A DNA stretch of 64,000 nucleotides from Diplonema japonicum (Eukaryota; Protista; Euglenozoa: Diplonemea), in NCBI GenBank assembly GCA_964019335.1, contig OZ025672.1, forward strand, positions 124,001-188,000. The letters run 5' to 3'. Each line of letters starts with the position of its first letter. Position 1 is the first letter of the stretch. Shown piece by piece: positions 33,823 to 46,198 of this stretch. A model generated the notes under the pieces. It was not told where the DNA came from and made no database searches. It saw only the letters and a program-made list of their open reading frames with translations. The position numbers were made by a program, and so were the translations under genes.

Positions 33823-34508
33823 CGGAGAAATAGAAACAAAGAGGGGAAGGCAAAGCGGTCCTACCCGTACTCTCCCTCCTTCTTTTTCTTCTTCTTCCTC
33901 TTTTTTTTTTCTTTTGGTTAATACCAAGTCGATATGGGTGACGAAGAGGGCGACAGGAATGTAAAAACTCTTCTTCTTTACGTTATGCACACAACGTGTG
34001 CCCCCTTTAAAAAAGAAAAGAGAGATGAAGGCAAATCCCTTATGAGGAACACCTTTATTTCCCCAGTTGTATCTGTCTTGGGTTTGTCCCTCCCGCCTGG
34101 ACAGCTCATTTCGCACTCAGTTCCACCAGCAGAAAAGGCACCTGTCGTCCTGCCTTTTTCTATCAATTCGAAAATTTGCTTGTATGCTGGGATGCTGAGC
34201 GACAGTGGCAGGCAGCGGTGGTCTGACAAGGAGAAGAGAAAAAAAAAAACAGAAAGAACCCGATATGGTTTAAACAAGTAAACCGGAAGGAAGAGGGGGG
34301 AGGGGGGGAATAAGAAACAAAAAAAAATCAGCTAGAGCGGGGGTGAATTGGGTTCTTGTGTGTAATCCGATAAAAAAAAAACCCCCCCCTTTCCCCTTTT
34401 TGTGAACAAATAAAAAAAAAAGGAAAAAGAAAAAGAAAAAAAAAGAAAAGAAGAAGCAAATTGCAAAACATGGGACCTACGGAAGTACGTCGTAATCGGA
34501 AGAAAGGG

Positions 34509-34542
<34 letters not shown>

Positions 34543-34876
34543 GGGGGGTCTTTTTTTTTCTTCTTTCTTTCAAAAATGTATAAGATCTTTTAAAAAGAGA
34601 GAAAATAAAAGAGGGAAGGAGCCAAATATTAAAAAAAAAGGAGGGGGCGTTTTTCCAAGTGAACGGAAGCACGGGAACGGCGGCACCTGTTTTAACTGGC
34701 TAGCACCAGGTCACGGCGCACAAAGGGGCACTCCTGTGGCGCCCACCCCTGAGGAAAAAAAACATCACTTTTTTAGGGCTTTTCAAGCAGAATACATGCA
34801 CTCCCGCAATTTTCTTTGAGTATCATTGCAGCAAATGGCTGCTTTAGGGACTGGTGTGTTGTAAGGGATACAGCGG

Positions 34877-34914
<38 letters not shown>

Positions 34915-35431
34915 CTGTCGCTGCCCACCTACAAGTCGCAGAGTTCATTTATGATTAAGAGATAAAAAAAAAAAAAGTATCTAAAATGCCTGAAGAATTC
35001 GAGCAGAATACGGGGTGGGAGGGGAGGAATTGCTGTCTTTTTCCATTTTCTTTTTATAGGAAAAAAAAACCCCTCCTCGGCTTTATTTTTCCCGGGTATA
35101 AACAAAAGTTCGGCTTCCTGCTTAGTGGTACAAAAAGGCAAGGAAAGGGGGGCTGCTTCCTCGCATTTTTTCTTCTTTGCTAGAGGGAAAAAAAACAATG
35201 CCCCAAAACAATGTTTTCAAACTATGATTATTATTATTATTTCTTTTTTGAAAAAAAGAGTCGGTTGATTGCACAGCCGGGGGGTTAACCTGTAGAAGGA
35301 TAAGCCCAACAATGCTAGCACTACTCTTTTTAGCAATAAACAATTCATTATCAAATATATTGTTTTTCTTGTTCAAGCAAGAAAAAAAAAAAAAAAAAAA
35401 GAAAAAAAACTAACTCACGCAAAATCGGGAC

Positions 35432-36269
35432 CTAACTAAGGTAGTAAAAAGGGTCGTTGCCCATTGGAGGCATCCTCATGCAGTAGTTCTTCACAACACG
35501 CATCTATTTTGTATTTTTTTTTCTTTTTTTCTTCTCCCCTCCCGATGCATACTGGACTCATGTTCTTCTCCACCCAATTGGGCACCGTCTCCCCGGAGGT
35601 TATCAATGAAGACAAGGCTGTTTCCAATTTCTTCAAAGTCGTGTCAGTGGGGTTGGGCCTGTCGAAATCCTGCACAAGCACAGCATTTGACTTGTTCATT
35701 CGAACTGAGAAGGGGTTGTTTTCAACAATAACCACTTTTTCCATATCCCTGCCTAAGAGCCTGAGATCTTTGGTGTGCGGGACGCTGGGCCGTTCGTGGA
35801 ACCAAGACGGGCTACGGTAAATCGAAAAATCGAAAAACTCAGAACACGGGTCGATCTGGGCGAGAACAGGCCTTCCTACGGATTCGATAGAAGCAGTCCA
35901 CAAAACAATCTCAGCCTTTCCTTTTAAACTGCTAAGAAGTGCTTCGAGATGAGGGCGTTTCAATGCTGGCCGGAACCCAGGCATTCTGTTGGATACAAGG
36001 GTTTCGTCCAAGTCGAAAACTATGGTGTATCCTTGGTGGCCGTCCTTGCACTTACCGATGAGCTTTCCTCTTTGGGTTCTGAGCTTTGTTGCTGCTGAAA
36101 TACCCGATCCTGCCATGCCCCCTGCTCCGTAACGCTGGAACGTTCCTTTTCGCAAGGCACTCGACGGTTTTCCTCCCATCGACCCGCTCACTCCTGTTCC
36201 CCCCATGCTCCCTATCGAGGATATAATATTCTGCCGGTGGGGCAACGTGTACAGCCCTGTCTGCGGCAT
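35432..36269 (-). CDS. FCP1/SCP-like (NIF) HAD phosphatase (intron 35504-35552)
   Basis: VFDLDETLV, KRPHL, IVLWTAS, KDLRLLGRD and VIVENNP. A 49-nt intron removes a poly-Lys stretch. Confidence 0.92.
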
Positions 36270-36491
36270 ATTTTCTTTTTTTTTTTTTTTCGTCCTTTTT
36301 TCGGGAAAAATAATTTTGGAAACAAAAAAAAAAAAAAAAACACGGTTGAATAAGATGCGAAAATGAGGGCTGGGGTAAAAAAAAAAAAAAAGAGGGGAAA
36401 AAAAAAGGATGAAGTAAAAACTTTAAAAAAAAAGGGGGGGGAGAGATAAAAAAAAAACACACTTTTCCGTTTTTCTCTTTTCTTTTTGCTC

Positions 36492-38182
36492 CTATTCGTT
36501 GATAATCTTGAGATCGGGGCCCGTGTCCTCCTCCTGTTCCTCCGCCTCGTCGTCTGATGAGTTGGTCTCCTCGTACCGTTCTGTAATCCATTCGGTGGTC
36601 TCGCCACAGTCCTCACAGTGCTTCTTTCTGGTCCCTTCCCACGGCGCATCGATAAGGGAAGACGATTCGCAAACAGTACACGTTTGCTGAACGATGATGG
36701 TCCGCACATCTTCTGTACCCACAGCACGTTCAAGCGCCGCCTCAGCACGTGCTGCAATATCTTTGAGCTTGCTGGCAGTGTATCCATCTTTTCGAAGGTA
36801 CCACAGCGTGACGGTGAATTCTGAGAGACCCTTAATAGCAGTGGAGAATTCCCCCGGGCTGTTAATATCGTTACCATCCACCTCATTGATGAACATGTCA
36901 ACTGGTACACCGCAAGCCTCAGACGGGCCAGAGACACCGGTGATGAAAAGTTGTTTTGTAAGTTTGATACCAAGAGATTCTACTTCACCATCGACCACTG
37001 GTCGTGTGATCTTGATGGTTTTAGGAGCGAGGCCGGATTCCAAGAATGCCTGCATGGGGGTCTTGGCGGTGGTACCTGTTCCGTTTTCTACCCGTCGCTT
37101 CTTTGCGTCTGGTTCGCTGGGTCTTGCTGTTTCGTGTTCGTCCAGAGTCTCGTTGTCCGTGAAGCACCCTATTTCGTTGAGAAGCCGCAGCTTCATGAGT
37201 CGTTGCACTCGAGACTTGTTGTCTTCGTCCTCTCTTTCCCTCTCGCTCACCTTCTTCATGGTCTCCAGGGCATCTCCCGGAACGTATTCCTTCTCACCGT
37301 CGATCTTCGCGACCACCTCGTTCGTGATACGCCCTGACGTGGGGTCGAAGTGCTTCCTCATGTTCGTCCATTCCTCCAACTCCTGCAGACGCGTTTGCGA
37401 TATGTCAGATTTGCCTTTTTTTTTTTTTTTTTTTTTCTGGGGGAGGGAAAGAAATTACCAAGATCGTAAAACAATCTGTCCTTCGTGAGTATCAAGCGTC
37501 TTTCTGAGCCCTGTCCATAGCTCTGATGTCCCAAATTGAAATGCTCCGCCAGCTGATGCAGCATCTTGCGGTCGTACCCATTGAGGTCGTTGGGGCATGT
37601 GTACGACTTTCTCGATGCATCGTCAACGAACTTCTTGACCACCTTTTTTTTTTTCTTCTTTTTTTTTTCCCATACCGTATACCACCCTCCTACAAATCTG
37701 CCTTGGTCCTGATGCACTCGCAAGTATGTAGAGGGTTCCCGTGGTTCCCTTTTTGGTGCGTTGGGGTCTTTAGCCGGTTCTTTGGGGATGTGGAAGGTGG
37801 TGTGACCGGCTTCAGTCTTAGCTTTTACCGCCTGTGCCCTTAAGGCACCTTGGAGTTTTCTGATAAGGGAAAGGGAAGCGGTTGCTGAGGTCGGTTTACC
37901 GTCTTCGACCTTCGCGCTAGCACTGATGCTGACACCGGCTTTTTTCTTTATTTTCGACCGGCTTTTCAAAGCTGACTTCAAGACCTTGACAGGCTCTGCC
38001 TCATCGTCGTCAACCACTGTCATGTCCTCGGCTTTAGGCTTTTCCACAGTTTCCACGATTTTGACCTCCTTTTCCTGTTCTACAGGCTTGACCTCTTCTT
38101 CCTCACTCATCTCTGGTTCATCTTCCTTAGTGGTTCGCACACCTATTCCCGGCATCGCCATGTCATCTTCAGAGTCCGACAT
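36492..38182 (-). CDS. R3H + PDZ-like + CxxC/CxxC zinc-ribbon protein, 3 exons (introns 37643-37675, 37415-37458)
   Basis: R3H: LNGYDRKMLHQLAEHFNLGHQSYGQG. PDZ-like: SLGIKL...ITGVSGPSEACGV..DMFINEVDG. Zinc ribbon: CTVC...CEDC. The 44-nt intron fuses two ORF-track frames. Confidence 0.82.
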
Positions 38183-38561
38183 TTTCTTTTTTTTTTTTCC
38201 TTTCTTTTTTTTTTCCCCGCCTGAAATGGAAAGTTGAGAAACAAGTCCAACTTTAAAAAAAAAAAAAATATGAGACGAAAAGGGGCTAAAGAGACAGGAG
38301 GGAGGGGGGGGGCCAGGGCAACATAGGTTTGGGGAAAAGGGGAAGCAATAAAAAAGGGGGCAATTTAAACGCCTGCTTTATCTTGCTTTTTTTTTCCTTC
38401 TTCTTTTGCCTCTGAAGGAATTTCCCCCCCCTACTGGCTTCACTTTTCTTTTCCCCCCCACCCTCATGGATTTGAACTAATAGCCTCTCCTGTCCCCCTT
38501 TTTTTTTCCCAATAAACATGAAAATTCATGGGGAATAGAAGAAGAAAAAAAAAAGATATAA

Positions 38562-38675
38562 ATGGCCGTGTCGCCAAAAAAAAGAAAAAGAGAGAATGGA
38601 AAAGAGCGGAAGAGAAGAAGAAAAAAAAAACACGCATAGAACTGCGTATTAAAACTTTCATTCATTTCGTGTTTT

Positions 38676-38735
<60 letters not shown>

Positions 38736-38812
38736 GGAGCCATAAGATGGTGGAAGAATTCTTTTTCAAAAAAAAAAAGTTTTTTTATAAAAATATATGG
38801 CCGTGTCGCCAA
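38562..38812. repeat. 16-bp direct repeat (38562-38577, 38797-38812) flanking an A-rich segment
   Basis: ATGGCCGTGTCGCCAA occurs twice, the second copy next to the CYP51 stop codon. Confidence 0.8.
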
Positions 38813-38813
38813 T

Positions 38814-40238
38814 TTAATGCCGTTTTTGATACCTAATCATCGTCTGGTTCTTGGTGGGGCCCACCACCATGGTAGTGTAATCAGGTACGGGGACCTTTTC
38901 CTGTACAAGTTCGATGTCATAATCGTTCAAAATAGTCGAAATAACCACCTTGGTCTGCATGGTACCGAACCGTTCACCAAGGCATCTGTGTGTACCAGCA
39001 CCAAACCCAATAAAATCGTAGGCTCCCTTGCCCTCGGACGAGTCGAGCCAGCGTTCGGGATTCCAATCATCAGCAGATTTGTAAACATCGTTGTGACGGT
39101 GCGACGCAAGAGGAGAAATTGCCAGTGTATCGCCCTTCGGAACGGTGAATCCATGGATGTCAACAGGCTTCATGACCTTTCTCATTAACATGATGAGTGG
39201 AGGGTGGACACGGAGGACTTCTTTGAAGCAAGCGTCAGTGAGCAACATTTCGTTAAGGCCTTCCCAGTCGAGCTCTCCTTCGTGTGAGTACGCAGACATT
39301 TCCTCCCTGTGCTTTCTGAGCAGCTCCGCATTTGAAGCGTTGCTCAAATAACACAAGACCCAGGTAGAGGTGATAAGAGATGTGTGCTGCCCTGCAAAAA
39401 TAACCCCCAACATTATACCTATCCTCTCATGGTCTGTCATTTCAACACCATCACGGTAAACTGCGTTTAACAAAGCGTTGATGATATCTGTGCGCGACTC
39501 TGCGTCGGGGTCTGATCGTCGTTCATCGAGGATGTTCTTTGCCAATTGTTCGAATTCCTTCCTGGCTTTTCTCTGCCTGAAGTAGCCGAAGGATGGGAGC
39601 CAATGGATGAACACTGCGATGGGGTTCAACCCCGCTTCGATTTCTCCTAAAATATGCGATATTTTCGAAGGCGATGCGAGCTTTGCAGCATTTTCACCAT
39701 ACAAGCAAAGGGAAGCGGTTGAAATGAGCATGGACCCCATCGCGTCTAGAAGATTTAACGTCCCCGAATCACCCCAATCCTCGGCCAGACACTGCCTGAC
39801 CTTGTTTTGAATTATCGGAACGAATTTTTTCAAGCTGGACTGCCCCAATTGGTCCGCTACGAACCCGAGTTGTTCCCTCATTTTGTGATGTGGGGCATCG
39901 TACACCACACCAGCACCGAAAACAGGTTTCATGAATTTGTATACTTCAGAAGGGTCGAGGATGTCGTTCCTCTGCTTGAAGAATGTCTCGTGGAGGTCCC
40001 TGTGGCCCACGACCGTCACCCGGTTACCCATGAGCTTGGTTGTCCAGATTTTTCCATACGTGCCAGTCCCGCTCTTCATGAACTTCAGGAAGTCAATGCC
40101 GAAGGGCACGATGTCACCAACAAATGGGACATAACTCGGTTTTATAGGCGGTTCACCGGGCTTTCTTGTGTTAAACCGTATCACCGATATGACCCCTATG
40201 AGAAACAATACCCCTGCAAGGGTAAGTGTGAAGATCAT
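38814..40238 (-). CDS. CYP51: Sterol 14-alpha-demethylase (cytochrome P450 family 51)
   Basis: N-terminal anchor, VYKFMKPVFGAGVVYD, I-helix AGQHTS, EVLR, PERW and heme motif FGAGTHRCLG. ATG at 40238. Confidence 0.96.
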   Translation of the reverse strand: MIFTLTLAGVLFLIGVISVIRFNTRKPGEPPIKPSYVPFVGDIVPFGIDFLKFMKSGTGTYGKIWTTKLMGNRVTVVGHRDLHETFFKQRNDILDPSEVYKFMKPVFGAGVVYDAPHHKMREQLGFVADQLGQSSLKKFVPIIQNKVRQCLAEDWGDSGTLNLLDAMGSMLISTASLCLYGENAAKLASPSKISHILGEIEAGLNPIAVFIHWLPSFGYFRQRKARKEFEQLAKNILDERRSDPDAESRTDIINALLNAVYRDGVEMTDHERIGIMLGVIFAGQHTSLITSTWVLCYLSNASNAELLRKHREEMSAYSHEGELDWEGLNEMLLTDACFKEVLRVHPPLIMLMRKVMKPVDIHGFTVPKGDTLAISPLASHRHNDVYKSADDWNPERWLDSSEGKGAYDFIGFGAGTHRCLGERFGTMQTKVVISTILNDYDIELVQEKVPVPDYTTMVVGPTKNQTMIRYQKRH

Positions 40239-40764
40239 TTTTTTTTTCTTTTTTTTTTTTTCCGGAAAACCTTTTTTTTTGTTGTGTTTGTTTGTTTGTG
40301 GCATTAAATAAAAAAATTGTCGGAGTCAGGGGGGGGGGGGGGTTTCTTTTTTTCTTCTTTTTTTTTCTTTTTTTTTTATGCCCGTTCTAACAATTATTAT
40401 AGACAGAATATTAGAGGGGACGGGGGGGAAACGAAGAGACTTTACTGTAAAGTTGGACTGACAAAATGTCCAAACGCGCAGTGGTCTTTTAGAGAAAAAA
40501 AGAAAAAAAAGGGGGGAGGGAAGCTCCCGGTACGCCGTAGAAAATCGACATTTGGTAATTCTTTTTTTTTGCAACATTTATTTACGCACAGTGCTGACCT
40601 TGATTATTAAAAAATAAAAAATGCTTCACTTCTGCTACACAAGAAATGACGTTGTTTGTAACTGCAGGCATGATGCCAACAATATTTCTTTCTTCTTTCT
40701 TTTTTTCCGTTTTTGATAACTATAATTAGTGTTCTTCTTATTGTCACTTTTATACTGTTCAATC

Positions 40765-40800
<36 letters not shown>

Positions 40801-40803
40801 ATA

Positions 40804-42305
40804 AAGGGGCCCCCCGAATAATCCCTTTATTTGGGCAGCGGAGGGGGTGTTTGGGCTCCAAAAAAAAAGAATTATTTGGAATACACTTATTTGGGTTGTA
40901 CTTATTTGGGCTGGGCAGCCTGCCACATGGAAAGCAGGGAGCGGGGCTTAGAGCACTTCGGAAATCTTAACATGCCAAATCGTGCCAAGACTTTTTTCAT
41001 GCTTTTTTTTTCCAAGGGAAATTTTAACAGTTTTTCTCCCAGGCTGTGGAGAACCCACAAACGTTGCAGACAGACCGCCTGGTTTTGGCGTTAGGTGGTT
41101 GCTGGGAGGTTGTGGGGGTCTGAGAAAGAGGCTTGAGAAACTGTCAGGGCTTGAGAAGCTGCAAGGGCTTGGGAGGCTGCTGGAGTCTCGTCAGGTGCAG
41201 TGTCCATTGTAACACCCGCAACAACGTTCTGTGCTGCACTGTCTAAACTTCGCTAGGTGCCCTTAGCTGTATGGTCTCCTCGGAACTACCTGGAAGCCGC
41301 GAGATCGCATACAGCTAAAGGTGTCGAGCAGTTGCATGACCTTTCTCATGTGCTTGCCCTACCCACAGTGCCACGTTGACTCGGCACTCTGCTGCAGTCA
41401 TCAACGTCCCGCCTCGGCTGCTTGGGGCATGCCACAGCCCCCCTTAACCCCTCAAAATGGCGAGAAGCAGCCTCACAATACATACTTTTCCTTTTCAATC
41501 GATTGTTATATTTGTACTAATAAAATATAGCGTGCACGACGGCACTGATCAAGCGACTGGCACCTTCCGAAGAAGGGCCTCCCACGTCCGCCGGGTTGAG
41601 CAGAGGATGCCCCGGGGCGGCCGTTCCAGTCTGATCATGTCGCACTATAATATATTTCTCATCTTCTAGAAGAAAATGGGGTTTTTGCCCTCATAGCTCG
41701 CTGGGCCAGCACTCTTACTTGTGTAAGCAGCCTCACAATACCGCCAGTGGGCTACGACACAACTTTGGGATCTTGCTCAGGAATGGAATATTGACATTGC
41801 GGGCCATGAAACAAAGCAAATACTGGATAAGTTGTCAACACATGAATCCACGTGCCCTTCCGGCAACGCAGAAGCACCCGGGCCACCCACAAGCGCCTTC
41901 GAACTAAGTGGTTCCGTAAATTTTGAACGTTCATCACGAACCAGCTAGCTTCTTGCGTTAAGAAAAATAGTCCCCCACAATAACCCAGGTGCCAAACCCC
42001 GTGGTCCCTGTTCAAAATGCAAAAGAATTGCTCGTAAGTGCCCAAAACCAGGCGAAAATCGACTTTTTGGTCAAAAAAGGGGTGTCATAATGGGTTAGGT
42101 AGGCTAGTACCCTGCACAGGCGTAACTGAGAAAAACCCGTTGTACGACTACCATGTGACCCCCCCACCCCCCCGGTCCCCCCAAAAAAAAAGAAAGGGGG
42201 TTGGGAATTATTTGGGAAATTTGGAGCGGAAGAATCCCCGAAAAAAAAAAGAATTATTTGGGAAAAAACACATTATTTGGGAGGGAATTATTCGGGCCCC
42301 CCCTT
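40804..42305 (-). mobile_element. Non-autonomous TIR DNA transposon, copy 1
   Basis: About 24-bp terminal inverted repeats (AAGGGG..CCGAATAAT.CCCT) flanked by TA, with subterminal TTATTTGG repeats. It is the reverse-complement homologue of 49210-50654. Confidence 0.85.
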
Positions 42306-43018
42306 TAAAAAGAAAAGTAGGAAGAAGGTAAAAAAAAAAAATAAAAGGCATTTGTATTTGGTTTCCCAGCCTGTATGCTTGTACCTACAGCCCGTTGAAA
42401 CTTTTGTTCAAAAGAAGGAAAAAAAAAGTGATTTCTAAGGGGGAAAAACAATGGCAACCTCAGTGAAGGGCAGACTCAAAAAAAAAATACTTTTAAACAC
42501 AATCGTTGTTTTTTTCTTTTAACAAAATTCTACAATTTTCCCATTTTTACTCACATTCTGAACTCGAAAAAGTTTCACTCTTTCTTTCTTTCCTTCCTTC
42601 CTTCCTCTTTCTTTAATTTCTTTTTTTTTTTTTCGCACTTTTTTTCTTTTTTTTTTTTTTCGTTCTTCTTATGGCTGAGGAAGGACGTGAGAGTCAGAGA
42701 GAATGAGAGGAAGTACATTAAAATAAAAAATGGTTTCCCTTCAGCCGGGCCAAAGAAAGAGAATAAATACAACGCAAGAAATCCACTCTCTCCCCATCCT
42801 CCATTTTCTATGCGTTCTTTCCCTGTTTTTTTTCGGATTGCCACAAAAAGCTGTTAAAAGGAGTAAAAGAGAGTAGAACAAATGGGAAAGAAAAAAAAAG
42901 GGGGGGAACAAGAAAGAATAACTAAACTTTTTTCTTCTTTTTTTCTTCTCTCTCCCCGCCCGACTGAACTGCGAGGTGTTTCGGATCATAATAAAAGATT
43001 CTTCAGTAAATTGATCTT

Positions 43019-45924
43019 TCAGACCTCAAGTCCAGTCGATCGAACAGAAGTAATATAACGAGGGAGGGGAGGGTTGGGGGGTGCTAAGCGAATATTTTCA
43101 GTTTTCACTGTCCGTTGACCGGTACTGGCTGTGAACGGGCTGTCAGCGATATCGATGATAACTGCGTCATCAGAAAGAATCTGGACAACAGACGCAGGCA
43201 GGCCATTGAGCTCTACACTGCTGGTGAGGTTCTGAAGCACCACACGCGACCCTGGTGCGTAAGGAACACGCTTTGCTGCAGGCAGCGGCGGGGCAGGAGG
43301 GGTTAATATCCTCTTCTCCAACGTTGTGTCATCAGTAGCTGTTGACGCCACTTCAGCACCACCCATCTCGTCTATTTCCCGTTTCAACTCAGCTGCTCTT
43401 TCGTAATCCTCATCAGCAACTGCTTTTGTCTTCATGTCCACTAGCTCTCGCACGCTGCGTTTATTTTCCAAACCGAAAAACTTCGTTTTATTTTGTGTCG
43501 CTGGTCCGTACGGATTCACCATGTCCCGGAAGGACGGGTTGCGCCCTGCTGCGGACCGGGGTCTGGACCCCTTTGACGATACAGAGGCTCTCCTTAGACC
43601 TGTGTCCAGAAGTGTCAAAGGGTAAGGCTTTTCAATGGTGCTTTCAGTATGTTCCAGTGACGACAGTTGAGGTGGTGTGTATGATGGTCGGGAGTATGAT
43701 GCGTGATGTGTTGGTTTTAGGTTCTCTGGCATGACAGCCCGCTTCCTTCCCCCGTCGAGGAGGAGGACGTATGCGCCATCGCGTATTCCTATCACCTTCC
43801 CCGTCTGCCCGTTGAGGTCCGTGTCTTCTTTCAGTCCGTAGATTTCCCGAACCTCTCCCATGACGCCTTGTGAGCCTTGCGAGCTTTCGTTGTCGTTTGT
43901 CTTGAGGTTCATGTCCTCCGCTTTCTTATTGAAGTCCAGATCCTCATCGTGGATTTTCTCCAGCGAATACCCCGACATCTCTACCCATGAGAGGAAATGC
44001 TTCGGGACCTTTGCAAGTGCGGCGCGTGCGAACTCCTGCGTGCCCTTGGAACTGTAGTTGTTCCACGGCACGAAGGACACCACCTTTCGCTTCTGCCGCT
44101 TTCCCTGTTTTCTTTTTATTTCTTTTCCCTATTATCATACTGTAATGACAGAGCGCAGCTCGGTCTTTGGGTCTATTAATTGTTTGATCTTGGAGAACTT
44201 CTCTTCCCCGGACCCTCCGTCGCCCATCCCAATGATGAGCACGGACATAGGTGCGTAGGAGCACTCCACAAGAACGTCACATGTCTCAGTCACGTCGTCA
44301 ATGTCGCAGTCGGTCAGCAGCACAAGGAACTGGTAGCCGGGCTGGCTGGGGTTCTGCCGTGCGGTGTCACTGTGGGCGATCAACAAAAAGGGGGGAAGGA
44401 CACATACAGACAGTCGTCGAGAACTGTTCGGATCACAGGCGCCATGCACGTTGGCTCCACTTGCAGGATGCGTCCCACGCAGGCTTGGTACGCCTCCACA
44501 ATGGCGTCCTCGCCTTGTATCTCTACCTGGTTCTGATCCAACGAGATCGGGAAGCAGTTGTGCACCTTGTTGTCACCTAGCATTGCCCCGAACCCATAGC
44601 AAGGGAACATCTGGTCCTTGTCGTATCGTCCAATGATTTTGCATGCCTCCCGAATTGCCCGTGCGTACGGGCTTGGTGTTTCCCGAGGGTCCGGTGCCTC
44701 GAAGTGCAGGGAGCTCTTGAGATGCTTAGGGCCGTTCGACTTGCTGAAATCCACAGCGATAGAACAGTTGATCTCGAACCCCCTGCTCACGTAGTCGAGG
44801 AAGGAGTACGAGGTCAGGAGCTGGCATTTTTCAATGTTGATCTCCCCGCTGTTAACGTACTTCGACTGCCCTGTCTTCTTTTCATTGATCATCGGAAGCG
44901 TTCGGACAGCGCCGGACTTCAACACAGCAAGCGTGGTGCGTGCCTGGCCGATCAGCTGGTGGTTGGACCCGTCTATGTAGTTCATGTCGAAGAGCTGGAA
45001 AAGCAACGGGCAGTGGAAGTCATTGGCGCACAACCGAAAAGTCTTGATGTGCATGGCTTCCCAGTCAGGGTTGATGCCCTTTTGCAAGGTGTCCTTTGTC
45101 ATGAACTGACGGGAGACGCTGGACTGCGCGACAGGCATCACGGTGTTGCCTTGAACCCTTGAGATTAGAACGAAGTAGTTAGCCATTGCAGCACGGACAC
45201 CTAGACGAGACTTTGGTCTCCGCAGATTCTTCCCTGAAAGGGTTAGAATGATCTTTTCCTGGGTGTTCTTAGCGTGCTGTGTCATGATTCGTATTGTAGG
45301 CTTCTTAACCTCGTCTCGTCCACCTTTGGTCAAGATGTCGCCTACGTTCTTGATCCCGCTGAGGCCCTTGTTGATACCGCCACCCACAACGTTGAGCATG
45401 TCTGTCGCAAGGGCGAGGTTTAACCCGAAACCTTCGTTTCGTTGGGTTTCCCTGTTGTCGATGAGATCGCCCACCACGGCCTCCATCCCCTTGGTCTCCA
45501 TTAGATCTTTCAACAGCACGCGGAACTCGCCCATGAAGGGCTGTTCGTAGAATTCCAGTTCTTTGCTCTTCTCGTGGTATACCTCGAACAGCAGCATGGT
45601 TTCCACGTGAAGATGGCTGAATGGGCACATGATAGGGGCTAGAAACATCGGGGTCAAGGTGTTCTCCTTCACCTCTGTTCGTCCCAACAGCGTTTTGTTG
45701 TCTTCGTCCCCCACGACGTACCTGTGACAGATCACAAAGGGGTCCGACCGTGAGAATTTGTCTTTATCGGGAAGTCCTTTACACGATAAACTTAGTTCGA
45801 TGGCGCCCTTTTCATCCCCCACCGCCTCCTGCATCAGTTCCTCCACGTCAAGGTCATCGTCACTGTCGTCATCGATGCCACGGGCGAGATCCTCTCGTTT
45901 CTTGCAGCATAAGATGCCCCCCAT
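43019..45924 (-). CDS. Copine (C2-C2-vWA) with C-terminal extension of two SH3/KOW-like modules and a UVR motif, 3 exons (introns 44370-44407, 44105-44140)
   Basis: LSLSCKGLPDKDKFSRSDPF, YSFLDYV, IAVDFSKSNG, YDKDQMFPCYGFGA, LLTDCDI, PMSVLIIGMG and VSFVPW. Tail has LNGQTGKV/LNGLPASV and AVADEDYERAAELKREI. Three ORF-track pieces join in frame to 943 aa. Confidence 0.9.
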
Positions 45925-46198
45925 CCTGCGGGGAAGGTTTTTTGGAAGAAAAAAGAATAGTGAATAAGGGTACTTGCCCGCCTGGGGTCTGCAGCGGTCA
46001 GCGCCGCGGATCTTCATTGGGTAGTAGATGAGAACTGCCGTCCCTGCAGGCTTTTCTTTGTGCTTTAGCAAAAAGACGCCATTCGGGCTTTACAGAAAGC
46101 TAGTGAGAAAGAGAGAGGTAAAGAAAAAAAAAAAACAAAAAAAACAAGATCAGGATGATACAGGATTTAAAAAAAAAAAAAGGAAGAACAGGACGGTG

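Noticed and set aside
584-40238. CYP51 and the ABCG array as a sterol gene cluster
   Set aside because: They are 20 kb apart with unrelated genes between them, and ABCG substrates cannot be inferred from sequence.
41575-41595. CCTCCCACGT as an HDV L3 loop in the TIR element
   Set aside because: The flanks do not form P3 and P1 in HDV order, and the opposite strand folds better.
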